Assembly (NCBI GenBank): GCA_000182565.2
Contig: KQ257452.1
DNA: 64,000 bases
DNA from: Spizellomyces punctatus DAOM BR117
Taxonomy: Eukaryota
Strand: one strand, 5' to 3'
Part shown: piece after piece, positions 40,309 through 52,323 of the stretch
Layout: every line of letters starts with the position of its first letter
Position numbering within the stretch: position 1 is the stretch's first letter
The notes under the pieces: generated by a model
The model's input: the letters and a program-made list of their open reading frames with translations, nothing else
Database searches by the model: none
Told to the model about the DNA's origin: nothing
Position numbers and translations under genes: made by a program

Positions 40309-41946
40309 TCAATAACCGCCCTTCTTTCCCTTCTTTTTCTTTTCGCAGACCGCATCAATATCACACCCAACGAGATCGCCAAGTGCAGCTTCCCACACAT
40401 CCAGATCACAAGCCTCTTCTGTGCACCCAGGGAGGATGATAGGCCGTTCGTTGAGAAGAGCACGAACCTTGAACTTATTCGAGCCGGAGCATTGGTGGAG
40501 CTCAAAAGCCATATTAGCCATGAAAGGTGCAATGTGGGACGTGCGAAAGACGCGATCCGGTAGCGGAGTAGTAGCGTTGCCTGTTAGACGTTGGGTGTCT
40601 TTGAAAAGACCCTAATGTGCCATTGTCAGCATCTTCAATACAAGAGTAACATGAAGTCCTAAACGGGATTTACCAGCGAGGTGACGAGTGCAAGTAGCGT
40701 CTCGGAATGACCAAATTTGAAATCGGCAATGACCCGCGAGTTTCCTTCAGATCTGGCTTTCAGCCCTTGCACAATTTCAGTGACCAGACGACAAGCAATC
40801 TTTCCATTGAGTTCATGGCCATATCCATTCTCCAACCAGTCATCGAGATCCTCGCCGTATTCCAACCATTCCACCTCGTCCTCGTTGAACATGGTACACC
40901 ATCCATCCCGTCTCCCAAACACCGACCATTCAAAGGCACAGGCCTTGAACGCTGCCAACGCATTTGCAGGGCTGAAAGTCAAGCAAGTAGTTTCCGCAAG
41001 TCGACGAGCAATGGGAGGCAAACGAGCAGACTTGAACGCCTCCATTTCTGCGCGATGAGCAGGTCCACGTTGCACGTGTTTCCGCCAGGCAGAGCACGAT
41101 TTTTGGGGATTCATAATATGGTCCTTCTTTTGCGGGGACGTTGTCATGTAGATTGGAGTGTTCCGGCATGTGCCCTCCTCATTTTGTGGAGTGAACAGAC
41201 CCGCCGCAAAAGAGCTGCCCGTCTGTCCCGACCTTGAGCGACCAGAGCTACTGAATAGGTAAACATTTGGGTTGTAGGGAACATTACTAGAAACAACAAA
41301 TGTCAATGTCCGCCTAAATATCCGACATGGAAGCGGATGCGATCAAAGGCTTACGCTAAAAGACTCTCGTAACGTTGCATCGTCCTTTTTCCAAACAGAT
41401 ATGCTTCTCCTTCTCCGGCTTTGGAGAGCAGACCCTCATCCTCCAAGTTGAACGGATTTTTCTGTAGGGCAAAAAACGTTGTATTACTTGTTCCCTTTGT
41501 GCAATTGCTATAACGATCACACTTACCCATGACCTAATCCACTCATGCTCTGGTGACAGGCAAGAATCCGCTGAACGTGCAAATGCTTCCAATTCATTGA
41601 AAGATACAATATCTTCGTAGGTTGGCGCACGGGTACCATGTCTCACAACCTTAAACAGGTCTTTAGCATACAATTCGCATATCCCATTCTCATATCCCAC
41701 GCAACATACCATCTGAACGTGGGCGAGTGCACATCCATTCACCTCATCCTGATGTGCCTCATCATTCCGAATCGGGTATGCACCTTTTGTTCCCAAGTGT
41801 CGAGTAATATCAAACTCGGGTTCCAAGTAGAGTGCAACTTGTGAGGAGGTAGCAGATGTAACAACAATGTGAGGATATGTCGGAGCTGCCAGCGACTGTG
41901 ACCCAAACAAGAGCGTCGCAAGAAGAGAGACACGAATAGGACTCAT
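40309..41946 (-). CDS. Secreted histidine acid phosphatase (MINPP1/phytase-like)
   Basis: Signal peptide, HLGTKGAY, RHGTRAPT (RHGxRxP), FKFGHSET, PFMANMAFEL. Confidence 0.88.
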
Positions 41947-42385
41947 GAGGTATAATTTAGCGGCGATGAGAGATGGTCGTCGACTGCAAAACGCTGGTGT
42001 GAGAAAATCGTAACCGTAAACCGGAAGAAGACGACCGTTTGCGACGACCGACGAAGCCGAGGTGAACGAGGTCAACGAGGTAAACAAGAACAAGGTGGGA
42101 ATCTGCTAAAAAGCAAAAGGACAGCAAACGTAGGAAAGTTCCCAAGAGGTCTATATCTAAATATCCTTGTTTAAAAAAAACGGGCAGGTCCTTCTAGACA
42201 TCAAGTCAGTAAGACACGTGTAGGAACGAGAGGAGGCAATAACTGATGAGGGCCCCCCAATTTCCAGAGGACTCCGCGCACCAATCAGATTTGATCGTGC
42301 CCAGGGAAGTGGAGCTGATTGGTTGGAATATGGTGTAGTTGGGGCAAAGCATTATTAAGGAAAGCGTTTCATTAGATTTTCAATT

Positions 42386-42457
42386 GGGGTAGTAACTCAG
42401 TGGTAGAGTGTCTGCTTCGCATGCAGGAAGCCCGGAGTTCGATCCTCCGCTACTCCA
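42386..42457 (+). tRNA. tRNA-Ala (anticodon CGC)
   Basis: GGGGTAG/CTACTCC-A acceptor stem with the G3:U70 Ala determinant, anticodon arm TCTGC-TT-CGC-AT-GCAGG, GTTCGATCC T-loop, T-run downstream at ~42480. Confidence 0.95.
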
Positions 42458-42689
42458 ATCAGTATTTCACCCGTGACCCTTTTTTGAAGCACTGGCTTTT
42501 TATTACTCGTTATTTACACCTTCATCGATAGCAAAACCCTTTCATCAACGGGTAAATCATGCAGAGACAAACTGTTTTTAATGTCAAAATTGGCGATGAT
42601 AATGTAATGCTGCAGCGAGCTATGGAGCATCTACCTACTCAGACCGCCCCTCACTGAAATCTAACCAACCTCTCTCCCACGACACAGCC

Positions 42690-43418
42690 TTAAGCGATCT
42701 CCACGCCAGTCATATCAGAAAATTCACTAATACCAGACGGATCCTCTACAATACAAGTCCACGGCGCGGGAACATCCAAAAGATCATTCAAACTCGTAAT
42801 GCAGTCCACAATCTTGTTTTGATGGTCATCCGACATGGGAACCGTTCGTACATGGGTCCCAAGCTCAAAGATGGCATTTCCGATATGATTGTACAAGGAA
42901 TCTATCTTTTTCATTCCGTTTCGTTGGATGGCAAACTCTAGTTCGGGGATTTCTATTGTTGCATATGGGCTTTTGAGGAGAACGTTCCATAACTGGATAC
43001 ATTCCACAAAAAAAAGAACAGTCAAACAAAACGTGTCTCAAATAAAACTAAATCAGCTTTCTTTAATACTTGCCTGCGTACGGTCAGTGATGCGCAACGT
43101 CAGTTTCCGAGCCTTCCATTCTTCTTCCGGTGGTTCGGGGACCACCTTGAAGCGCACCTCTCCATTCTCGCCGGTTTGAGTTTGCACGTTGGGAAGGGTG
43201 TTGAGTAATTCTACAAAAGTTCCTCCAAGAGCGTCGTTAAACTCTTCTTCGTCTTCATAACCCAATTCCCGGGACAATAGATCCGCTATAGGAGCCGCTG
43301 GAATCCATTCTACCGTAGTAGTGGTGTATGCCTTTTCCAGCTCTTCAATGATACGAGCGACTTCCTGGTGGCTCAGGTTTATCTTGATGGGCGACTCAGT
43401 GGGGATTGGAAGACCCAT
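42690..43418 (-). CDS. ZPR1-like domain protein lacking the zinc finger
   Basis: Two exons. C-terminal half VLLKSPYATIEIPELEF...WTCIVEDPSGIS resembles the ZPR1 A/B domain; no CxxC pairs. Confidence 0.6.
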
Positions 43419-43650
43419 GATGTTTGAATTTGACAAAAATGTGTGAATGCAAAAAGGAAATAAAACAGCGACTCGATGCACTCTGGGGCGAAACTGCTCT
43501 CATTATTTTTGTCAGCGTCCATATTTAGACAAATGACTGCTTACGAGAGCATGATCTTCCTCTGCAACTCAAGACTCTTGTATTTCAAGTGTCCATATAC
43601 CTTGGTTATACTCTATAAGCTATACCTGTCTTTCTACTTTTATCTAGAAT

Positions 43651-44831
43651 CTACTTACATGGACCGCTCACCTCTGCACCATCTTCTGCATCCAACGTCA
43701 GGGTACACGTGGCCATCCGATGTTCTTGTTCTGGGTTGTGAGTGATCCAAATGCAAGTGTAGCTCTTCAAGGACTGTTCGACAAGTTCGCATGTTTCAGG
43801 GTCGAGTGCACTGGTCGGCTCTACAGAATACGACTGAGCGGCGTTTTCAATGTGCGGGTAGTTGGAGAGTCTTTAGGTACCATCCAATAACAAAATGTCT
43901 GGTTCGCACGATATGGCACAGGCAATTGCGATTCGTTGCATTTCACCTAAAAGCCAAATTTGAAGGTGTGAGCACTCCTGAGGGTTCACACCAGGTACAC
44001 ACACTTTTGAAATTCCGGCGAATGGTAACATGGGTGCGACTCACCTCCCGAAAGCTGATTCCATTCTTTATCCCATGTCTCTGGTGCCAAATTCCAGCTA
44101 TGCTTGACATTAGCACCATCCCCTCAATAGAATCGCTTCATCAACCGTAGAACAGTTTTGTCTCACCCAGCAGCCAATTCAATCTAGGGATCAATACATG
44201 AGTATCAAACGAGGTGTTGCGGCGTTTACGACATCCATACGTTCCTACCGAATCAACACATTTAGATTGCCGCTTCTTTTGAGCCGAAAATGTATTCACC
44301 GTTTCTAGAAATTTGGCAGGTGTTCCAGGTAGGATCGGTGGTCGTTGGGGGACGTACATAACCCGCGATCTCCACTCTGTTATGCCGTACTGCTCTGGTG
44401 TTCTGAAAAATCCCAAGGTATTGTCAGCACGGACAGGTACGGCATGTTTGTGTTCAAGGTAGAGCCTTTCTTGACCTTCCATCTAAGGTGATCTTGCCGG
44501 AATTGTACGGTATGAGTTGGGCGAGACATTTCAACAATGTCGTCTAACATGGAGGTGATTATGATGAGTAGCTGTCAGCGTGACCAAAAGGCAGCCCTTA
44601 AAGCATGCCAGAACCTTTCCAGAACCTGCCAATAGTCATTAAGTGCACTTTAAAAAAAACCATGCTGCATGCAGTTTGACCAAAATCACTACCCTACGTA
44701 CCACTGGGACCACGAACGGCTAGAATCCTCGGATTTCGCTTGTCTAGCTCAAGGGAGAAGTGAACGTTGGAGAAGAGGTGCGAACCGTTTGGTAGAGTTA
44801 AGCTCAGGTTTTCGACTTGTAAAATGGTCAT
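43651..44831 (-). CDS. Stand-alone ABC ATPase (YbbL/FetA/STAR1-like); 3' end approximate
   Basis: Walker A GPSG-SGK-TT split across exons, WRSRVMYVPQRP, LSGGES, LLLDEPTSALD, WITH. Confidence 0.82.
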
Positions 44832-45002
44832 GATGAATGTGAACAAAAAGCTAGTTTGGAATGCAGGAACCGCGTTATATAGGATTAGTTCGTCATCATC
44901 ATTACCCACACACGCCTGCTTCCTCTACTTTTAATTACTACATCAAATATAGCTATATCCTATCCAAGATACTCTAACAAAAACTAATCTGCAAACGACA
45001 AT

Positions 45003-48000
45003 CTATACAGCCCTTCTCTCAACAACTTGATTCCAAATATCCTCATCAACAGTCCCTTTACAAATAAACCGCCACACATGGACTTTTTTCGTCTGCCCAT
45101 ATCGTCGAACCCGTCCAATAGCTTGAGTTTCGCACGCATCATAGACTTCCGGCGTCTCAAGATGCAAAGGGGATACGAAAATAACATGATTGGCTCCCGT
45201 TAGATTTGCTCCACTGGCTTCTTCATTGGTTGCAGTTAAAAGTAGAACCCGAGTTCCATCAAGATCGTGGTCGACATCAAGGTCATCCATATTCTGGAAT
45301 CGTTCCACAGCTTTGCTCATTTTCGTTGCGCCGCCCTCAATCTTGAGGTGGGCGATACGAGCATCGTCGAGCGCCTCGCTCACCTTCTGCTTGAGTTCAG
45401 GAAACTGGACAAAAATCAGGATACGATCCGTACTTGGGATCTTGTCCTTTATCAACGATACGATGGCGGAGAGTTTTGCTCCGTGGCCAGAACCAAAATC
45501 GTCTTGATCGACTCCAAGACTTTCTGGGGTTACTATAAAATTGCTCCGGGCTGCAACTTGACATCCAGGCGTCACGCATGTTTCTTTCTCGGCTTCCTCA
45601 AGCACACATGTTTGGCATCCCAAGTGTCCACAACATGAAAGGAAGACAACCTGGTCATAGTTGTCAGGCAGGTGGAATGATTTTTGACATTTTGGGCAAA
45701 TGACCTCGGCTTGTTTGCGGGTTTGAACATCTCGTACCGCTTGAATATATCGCAATGATCGCAACCGATTGACCAGTTCTTTTTGTACTTTACGTAAACG
45801 GTGGGTATGCTCTCGCAACTCCCATTTCTTGTCAGACAGAGTTGGGGCCTTTTTGGGTTTACCCGTATCTTCATCCTCATCATCATCATCCAAAAAGTCG
45901 TCATCCGCCGATTTCCGTTTAGAAGAACCCACTTTTTTCTTTCCATTTTGCTGCGTTTTCTTGATCATATTCCCAACTGGTTTCAAACTCGTATCTCCCA
46001 TGTTTTCTTTCCCTTTGCCCTTCTTGTTGCCCAATTGTCCCATGTTTTTAACAATCTCCGCGACCAACAGCCCTGTATCGACATCATCGCTTCGTCCGGC
46101 CAGAGCCTGTCCCCACCACCTCTCAAGCGGCAAATCATCTCCTTCTTCATATCCACCATGATCCAAGATCCAAGAATGCAGTGCTTTGGCATCATTCAAG
46201 TGCTCCTCAAACAATTGTCGACATTCCTCCAACTGCGCTTTTCGTTCAATCACAATCTTTTCACAAGCTTCCGCAGCGTTCCTGACGCGCAATTGCTGTT
46301 TTTTGCCATCCCGTCCAGGCGATCGCAATTCCAAATCAAAATGAGAGCACCGAATCAAAAGGGCTTGTTCGGGTGACTTCATTTTTTCTAATGCGAGACC
46401 TAGCCGGAGTTCACGGTCCCCTTGAGCTGCCTTGCCTGCCCTGACCGTCTTTCTGACATTCATCTCGACACTCAGCAAGTAATGCTGTAGTTCGTAATAG
46501 AGGGCAAGTTCTGCAGGGGGTAACTGTATAGGCATGATATGCTCCTCACACAAAATCTCATCAATCTCTGCAATATTCTGACGCACGAAGCCATCCAAAA
46601 ACGTTTGAGCAACCGCATGTCGTCGGGCATGCCAAGCAGCCGTATGCACCTCCCGGAACGAATGAAATTTTTCGGCAGCTGTTCGCTCATTAAGTCGCTT
46701 TTTAACCATATCTTCACCCATTTCGGCATCATCATCCACTCCTAGATGCAAACCAAGGAAACTTGCAATGGTTTTGACGGTAGCGAATTCGTGGACCGGA
46801 GAAGTTCCAGATAGGACCCACCGGTAATTGGATCGTAGTTCCAAGATGCATGCATAGTCTTTGCCCGTTACATAGGTGTACTCGTCAACTACGATACGGT
46901 TGAAATAAAACATTTCGAGAGGTGGGCATTGCATTTTTTTCCAGTTTTTTTGTACGGATTGTGTTTGGAGGTTCCATGGATCTTTATCTTCACGGGATGT
47001 GGTATCGGCATTTTTAGATTTGGACGTTTTACGTTTGTCGTAGGTGTCCATCACATCACTACTATCGCCATCTTCCAGGTCATTCAACTCTTCACCTGTT
47101 TCGTCTGTTTGTTGCTTCAACTGATCCCGGTAGGCCTTGGTGCCCCTCACCTGCTTTTGGACAGGTACAGTCTCATCACTTCCTTGCTGTTTCCTCCTCA
47201 ATAACCCCTCTTTAACAGCCTGGATAACCAACTTGACGCCGTCGGTTCCGCCAATCTCGGTCAACTCCTTGACGCGAATTTTGAGCTTTTCCAAAGCCTC
47301 CTGATATCGGATATTAAAATACCGTCCCTCAGAAACAGGCAAGAGCTCACTTCCAGCCAATCCAGATAAATTAGACCAGTAATTGATACCCGTCAAAACA
47401 CTCCGCGCGCAAATAATGATATCCGCTTCCTCAAAATCCGCGACAGTCGTTTTATTAAAATTAGCCACATTGAGCATGGTGAGGACTTTGAACCGGTTTC
47501 CAGTAAACTTTTTGATTTCCGCTGGCCATTGTGCTACCAAATGAGATGGAACAATGATTAATGTTGCTTTGATGGGGATACGCCCTTCGAGTTGCGAGGG
47601 AGGCGGGGGAGGCGGGGGAGGTAGGGACGCAGCGTAGTCAATGAGACCGAGTGTGATGGCGGTCTTTCCGTATCCGACTTGGTCAGCTAGGACACCCCCT
47701 CGAACAAATACTTGCCGCTCCGCCTTGGCTTCTACACGCCACCCCAACGGTTCCAAAACAGCTTCTGAAACCTCTTCTTCAACAAAAGGTTCAATGGTAG
47801 CTTGCTCTTGACGCACCATCCACGTTAAAGACCGACTTTGCTCCTTTCTCAGCTTGTACCGCTCAAAATGCGGCGGCTGCTCATGTTCCGGATCCAGTTT
47901 GTTACTCTTGACTTCAAGAGGTTTCAATTTCTCTTCTTGGTCAGTAAATTCTGTGGAAAGTCGCCACGATACTCGAGGGGATTCGGGACGGTCTTTACTA

Positions 48001-51000
48001 GGTAATCTCGATAGGGCCCGATGAACCAAAGACGCAACATTCACGCCGAGACGGAGCATACCCAAGGTACCATCCAAACGGAATTGAGCGACAAAAGGGG
48101 CGGGTCGCCGCTTTAGATTCTGTTCGTAAGCACCAGCTTGTTGGGGATCTTCGAATGCAGAGGCACTCGTTCCTTTGCGGATCCAGAGCAGTTCTGGAGG
48201 TGTTGGAGCACATCGCTCGCAAGGAGACGGTTTCCCTCGCTAACACATACAAAAAAAAAAAAATCAAAAATCAGCAACTACTCCAAACTTTTTATTAGAT
48301 TCACTCACATCATCAATATCATGCACACCAGGAACATCCATCCAATCCTGAAGGGCAGTAATTCCCTTTATCCGCTCCGTAATCCACGCCAAAGACTCAA
48401 ACGTCGACCGTCCCCGATGCAACAAATCAATTTCCTCCCACTTGTCACGAGGCCATACAGGCTCTGCATGCGTAAGCGGGACTTTACACGTCAAGACGGC
48501 AGTAGCGGTTTTACATGCATCCTGTTTGCAGGAAACTGATAATGGTCCTGCTGGTGTGCTGACGGTACCCTGGAGAGTAGCCTCGGTGGTTGGGACGAGT
48601 CGTGCGCATTCCAAGGTAGCCCATTTGCCTTTGACGTGACAAGCAACGGATTGAGGTCCGTCAACAGAACTAGGTCGCCATTTGGGATCCAATGTAGCGT
48701 TTACAAGGCGGACTTCTCCATAGGGTAATCGACGTGCATTGGTTGAGAAATTGAATGCATCCCCACTTTGCTCACCGCAAGGTTGTGGATCAAAAAAAAA
48801 GAACAATGGGAGTTTTTGGTCATCGGTGGATGCTGGTCGCTTTTTATGGAGGGCGTTCATGGCCGTTCCGCACTTTTCCAGCAAGTCATATGTACCCGAG
48901 AGATCGCGATCCAAATACACCCGTGCATCATCAGGGATCCCGGAAATCTCCAACTGAGACCACCATTTCCCAGATGCAAGGTGATTCTGCAAGCCAATAC
49001 GTGCTTCCCATGATTCAACAAGTTCACCCCGTCCAGTGATCGTAATGGAAAATGATTTGGATGCAGGGAAACATACTTCCCACGTCCCACTGAAAAAACT
49101 CGTGTCCTGGCTCTTGAGATCCAAATACATTCTGGCTGCTGGGCTAGCAAGGAGACTTCGTAGACGGCCATTGACAGGTTCGTCCTCGGGGGCTTTAATA
49201 GTTAACTGCCATACGGGCTGGTGGGGATCGATGATGAGTTCAAGTATCGCCATGGGTGCGTCATAAGTAACAACCCAATACTCTTGTCGCTTGACAGATC
49301 TGAATCGGAATTCATTCTTGACGGCGTTCACAACAGCGTCGTGCCAGAGTGTCCAATCCTTGCTGACAAGATCGATCGTGTCATGCTGAGATTTGAGCGC
49401 TTCTAGTGCATCCAGTGTAATGCCTTGGAGATGAAGCCGCATGGGTAAGGCCGACCTAAGCTCCTTCTCAAATCCCGTGGGAGATAGTCGATTATCACTT
49501 GTAACCTGTTCATAATAATGTTCAGGCCGAATTCCGCATTTAACACAAGAAGTTGCCCAACATTCTCGGCATTTCTGAATCTTTTCTTTGGTGACACCCG
49601 TTCGTCCCTCACAGTCACACTGCCGGCTACTTCGATCCGCATCCGCAACCAAAGCCTCCAACGACATGTTGGTATAGGTGCCTAGTTCGAGTGGGAGTTC
49701 ATTGAGCTGGTCATCTCCCCCAATGGTAGGAAACGGATCCAATTCAATTTGTTTCGGAGGTACACCCGACCCCGGCTCCAAAGTATCCAAAGACACAACA
49801 AGAGCAGCCAACATGCACGCACCAACCACGGTGGTGGTCATGGCGTTACCAGCCAAATCATGCAAATTCCGCTCCGATTCGCGGGTCAGTAACAATTCAT
49901 CAACAGGGATTCCCTGGAGATTCAGCGCCTCACGACCGACAACAGGGCCTCCACGGCTCGTCACAAACGGTATAACCCTCGGAGTCAAACAAGGACAAAT
50001 ACCCGGCCGAACACTTGTACTAATCCGATCAACATTCTGACTTAGTTCCCATACCAGCGTCTTGGACATGGCGTCAATGCCCTTGACAGCCATCTTTAGG
50101 TACAGAATATCAATGGAATCAAGCACACGCGTAGACTGACTAGCCCCCCAATCATTCCACGCATAATCAGGAAACCGACACACACTATTCGGTTCCCATC
50201 GCGAAAAAGGACGCTTGATACCTAATCCTTCTTCAATCCGCTGACGTTCATGCCGACTTTCACAGCGTTCCCAATCCGTTCGAGCGGCCCTGCGATCCAC
50301 ACTCGCACGCGCAAGGTCGAGTCGAGCTTGATGGACACGAGGATCATCTGTTGGGAGGAGGAAGGCTTCCAAAGGGGATGAAGCGGGTCGTTGCATGGAT
50401 TTGACAAGGTTGATCCACATTTCTGGGAGGTTTTTGGGTCCTTCTGCTGCAGCAAAGAGGTACCCACGTGTTCGGGTATGCGGGATATAGTAATCCTTGG
50501 TATCAAACCGGGTAGCCGTGACTTTATACCGGATTTTAGTAAATTCGTGTTGCATGCTCGTCCAATCGGCTCCACAGACGTTTTCGAGGATAACGAGTTT
50601 AGGACGACATGTTTTGACCCAGTTTAACATTCCCCAAAACGTTCGGCCAGATTCGCCGCCGGCGTGGATGCCCTTTTTCTTGTTATTTAGGTTAGAGTAG
50701 TCGACGCAGGAGGTTCCTGCTACGAGGAGGTCGACTTTGACGTTTGGGACTTGCACGAGGGATCCGTATGCGGTGGTTGCTTTTGGGTTGGCGAGTTCGC
50801 ATACATCGCGGAATAAAATGGGTGGGGAAAAGTTGCGTTCAATGTAGGCTTGTTTAAAAGGTTCGATTTCACAACTAAAGACATGGTCAATCTCAAATTT
50901 GATTCCATGGTGACGTTCAATGGAGCGAGATATTTGGCCGAGGGCCAATAGGGGACTCTCGGTTCCGCTGCACATGGTAGCGACACGGAGTTTGCGGCCT

Positions 51001-51584
51001 TGGAGTCGTTTGGCTACTGTGGCGCTTTCGGGTAGGTTTTTGACCATGTCGAAAAACATGGCTGGGATATCTTGGATGGGGGGAAATTCCGTGGCATGCA
51101 GTTTTTGTTTCTTTCGCGCGGGGCCGGTGATGGGTTTATGTTGCAGTCGCTTTTTGATGGGGGATGCTTTCTGCGGGGTGAATTTGAAGATGTTCTTCCA
51201 GGCGGCTATTGGGGACTGTAACGGGGTCAGTTTGGTTGGTGAAGTCATGGGTGGTGAAGGAACCTCTGGCAACGTCTTGACCCGTTTCGAAAGAGGCGAG
51301 TCAAAGGCTGCATTTTGTCTCCTTGTATATTCCACCGCCGCTCGTTTGGTCCCGACTCTCGACGTAATGACCACAAACGGTCCCTTCACATCCTTCTTGA
51401 CCGACGACCGTCTCCGCAGACTCCTCCGTCGAATATCATTCCCCTTGAACGCATCCTCGTCAACAGATAATTCCTCCTCACTCGCGACACTTGGCTCAGA
51501 CATCGAGTCGGATATATCATCACCGCCATTCCAGTCCTCGTCATCCGAAACGACAAGAGACTTTCGTTTGCGTACCATTACCAT
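45003..51584 (-). CDS. DNMT5: DNMT5-type C5-cytosine methyltransferase fused to RING and SNF2 ATPase (about 2,170 aa, 2 exons)
   Basis: MTase motifs LRVATMCSGTESP, SCEIEPFKQAYI, LVAGTSCVDYS (catalytic Cys), ILENV, R.RGY, LAGNAM. SNF2 motifs GGVLADQVGYGKT, VVDEY, VLSGTSP, QAIGRVRRYGQ. RING-like CPKC..CCGH.GC..C..C...C. Intron 48240-48308 (GTGAGT...TTAG) keeps the frame. Confidence 0.9.
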
Positions 51585-52323
51585 TCTTTACTCGTATATT
51601 CAATTCTGCAAGAAGGTAGTGGGAGGTAAAAAGCATCCGGGCACCATGTGTGTCCGAAGACACGGACGTGCGACGTGCTTTAGTAAGCGTCCAATTTCGA
51701 TTTGCAAGGGGGTTTTGGCAAGGGAGTTTTTCTCCATCTCTCACCGTGATCAGTACCCGCACCTACTTTTTACATACAAGAAGACCCCCTTACAAAAAGA
51801 TCCAGAGTTTCTTATAGACTTCCATTCATGTCGGCGCGTCAGACTGACAAGTGGCCACACCCTTACGCGGGTTCCCTTCCTGACCCTCTCGCCCTTGCCG
51901 CCGAACAACTCGGGAGTATCCCAGATCAAGTATGGCCAGCCCAATCCACACTTTTACAGTACGGAGCGCCAGATCCTGCTATACCAGCTCCTGCAATACA
52001 AGTGCACTCAAAGCAAAGCTCGAAGGTACGATTCCAAAACCATTTTCATTGAAACACTTTTTAACATTTTTTGTCAATAGGCAAGGGCAGGTGAGAGGCA
52101 CCGAACTGCGTCTCAAAACACAGAGAACACAGAATCACGGGCCGATATAGAACGGGTACAAACTCTCGAAGCCCGTTTAAAAGCTCTTGAACAGAGTAAC
52201 CCTGTAGCCAGACCCATATCAGCATTACGATGGACACGGGACCAAGTTCTGGGTATAAAGTTTTCACGATACATCTTGTCAGACCGTATCGAGATCCATC
52301 GCGTTGCAACTGAATTGGACGTC

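Noticed and set aside
40819-40830. CATA-TCCAT partial matches to TAM + guide (also near 62383)
   Set aside because: Only 5 nt of guide match after the TAM, too short for a real second target in this window.
50920-52080. 386-aa + strand ORF
   Set aside because: Antisense shadow of the DNMT5 5' exon and promoter; no recognisable domain.
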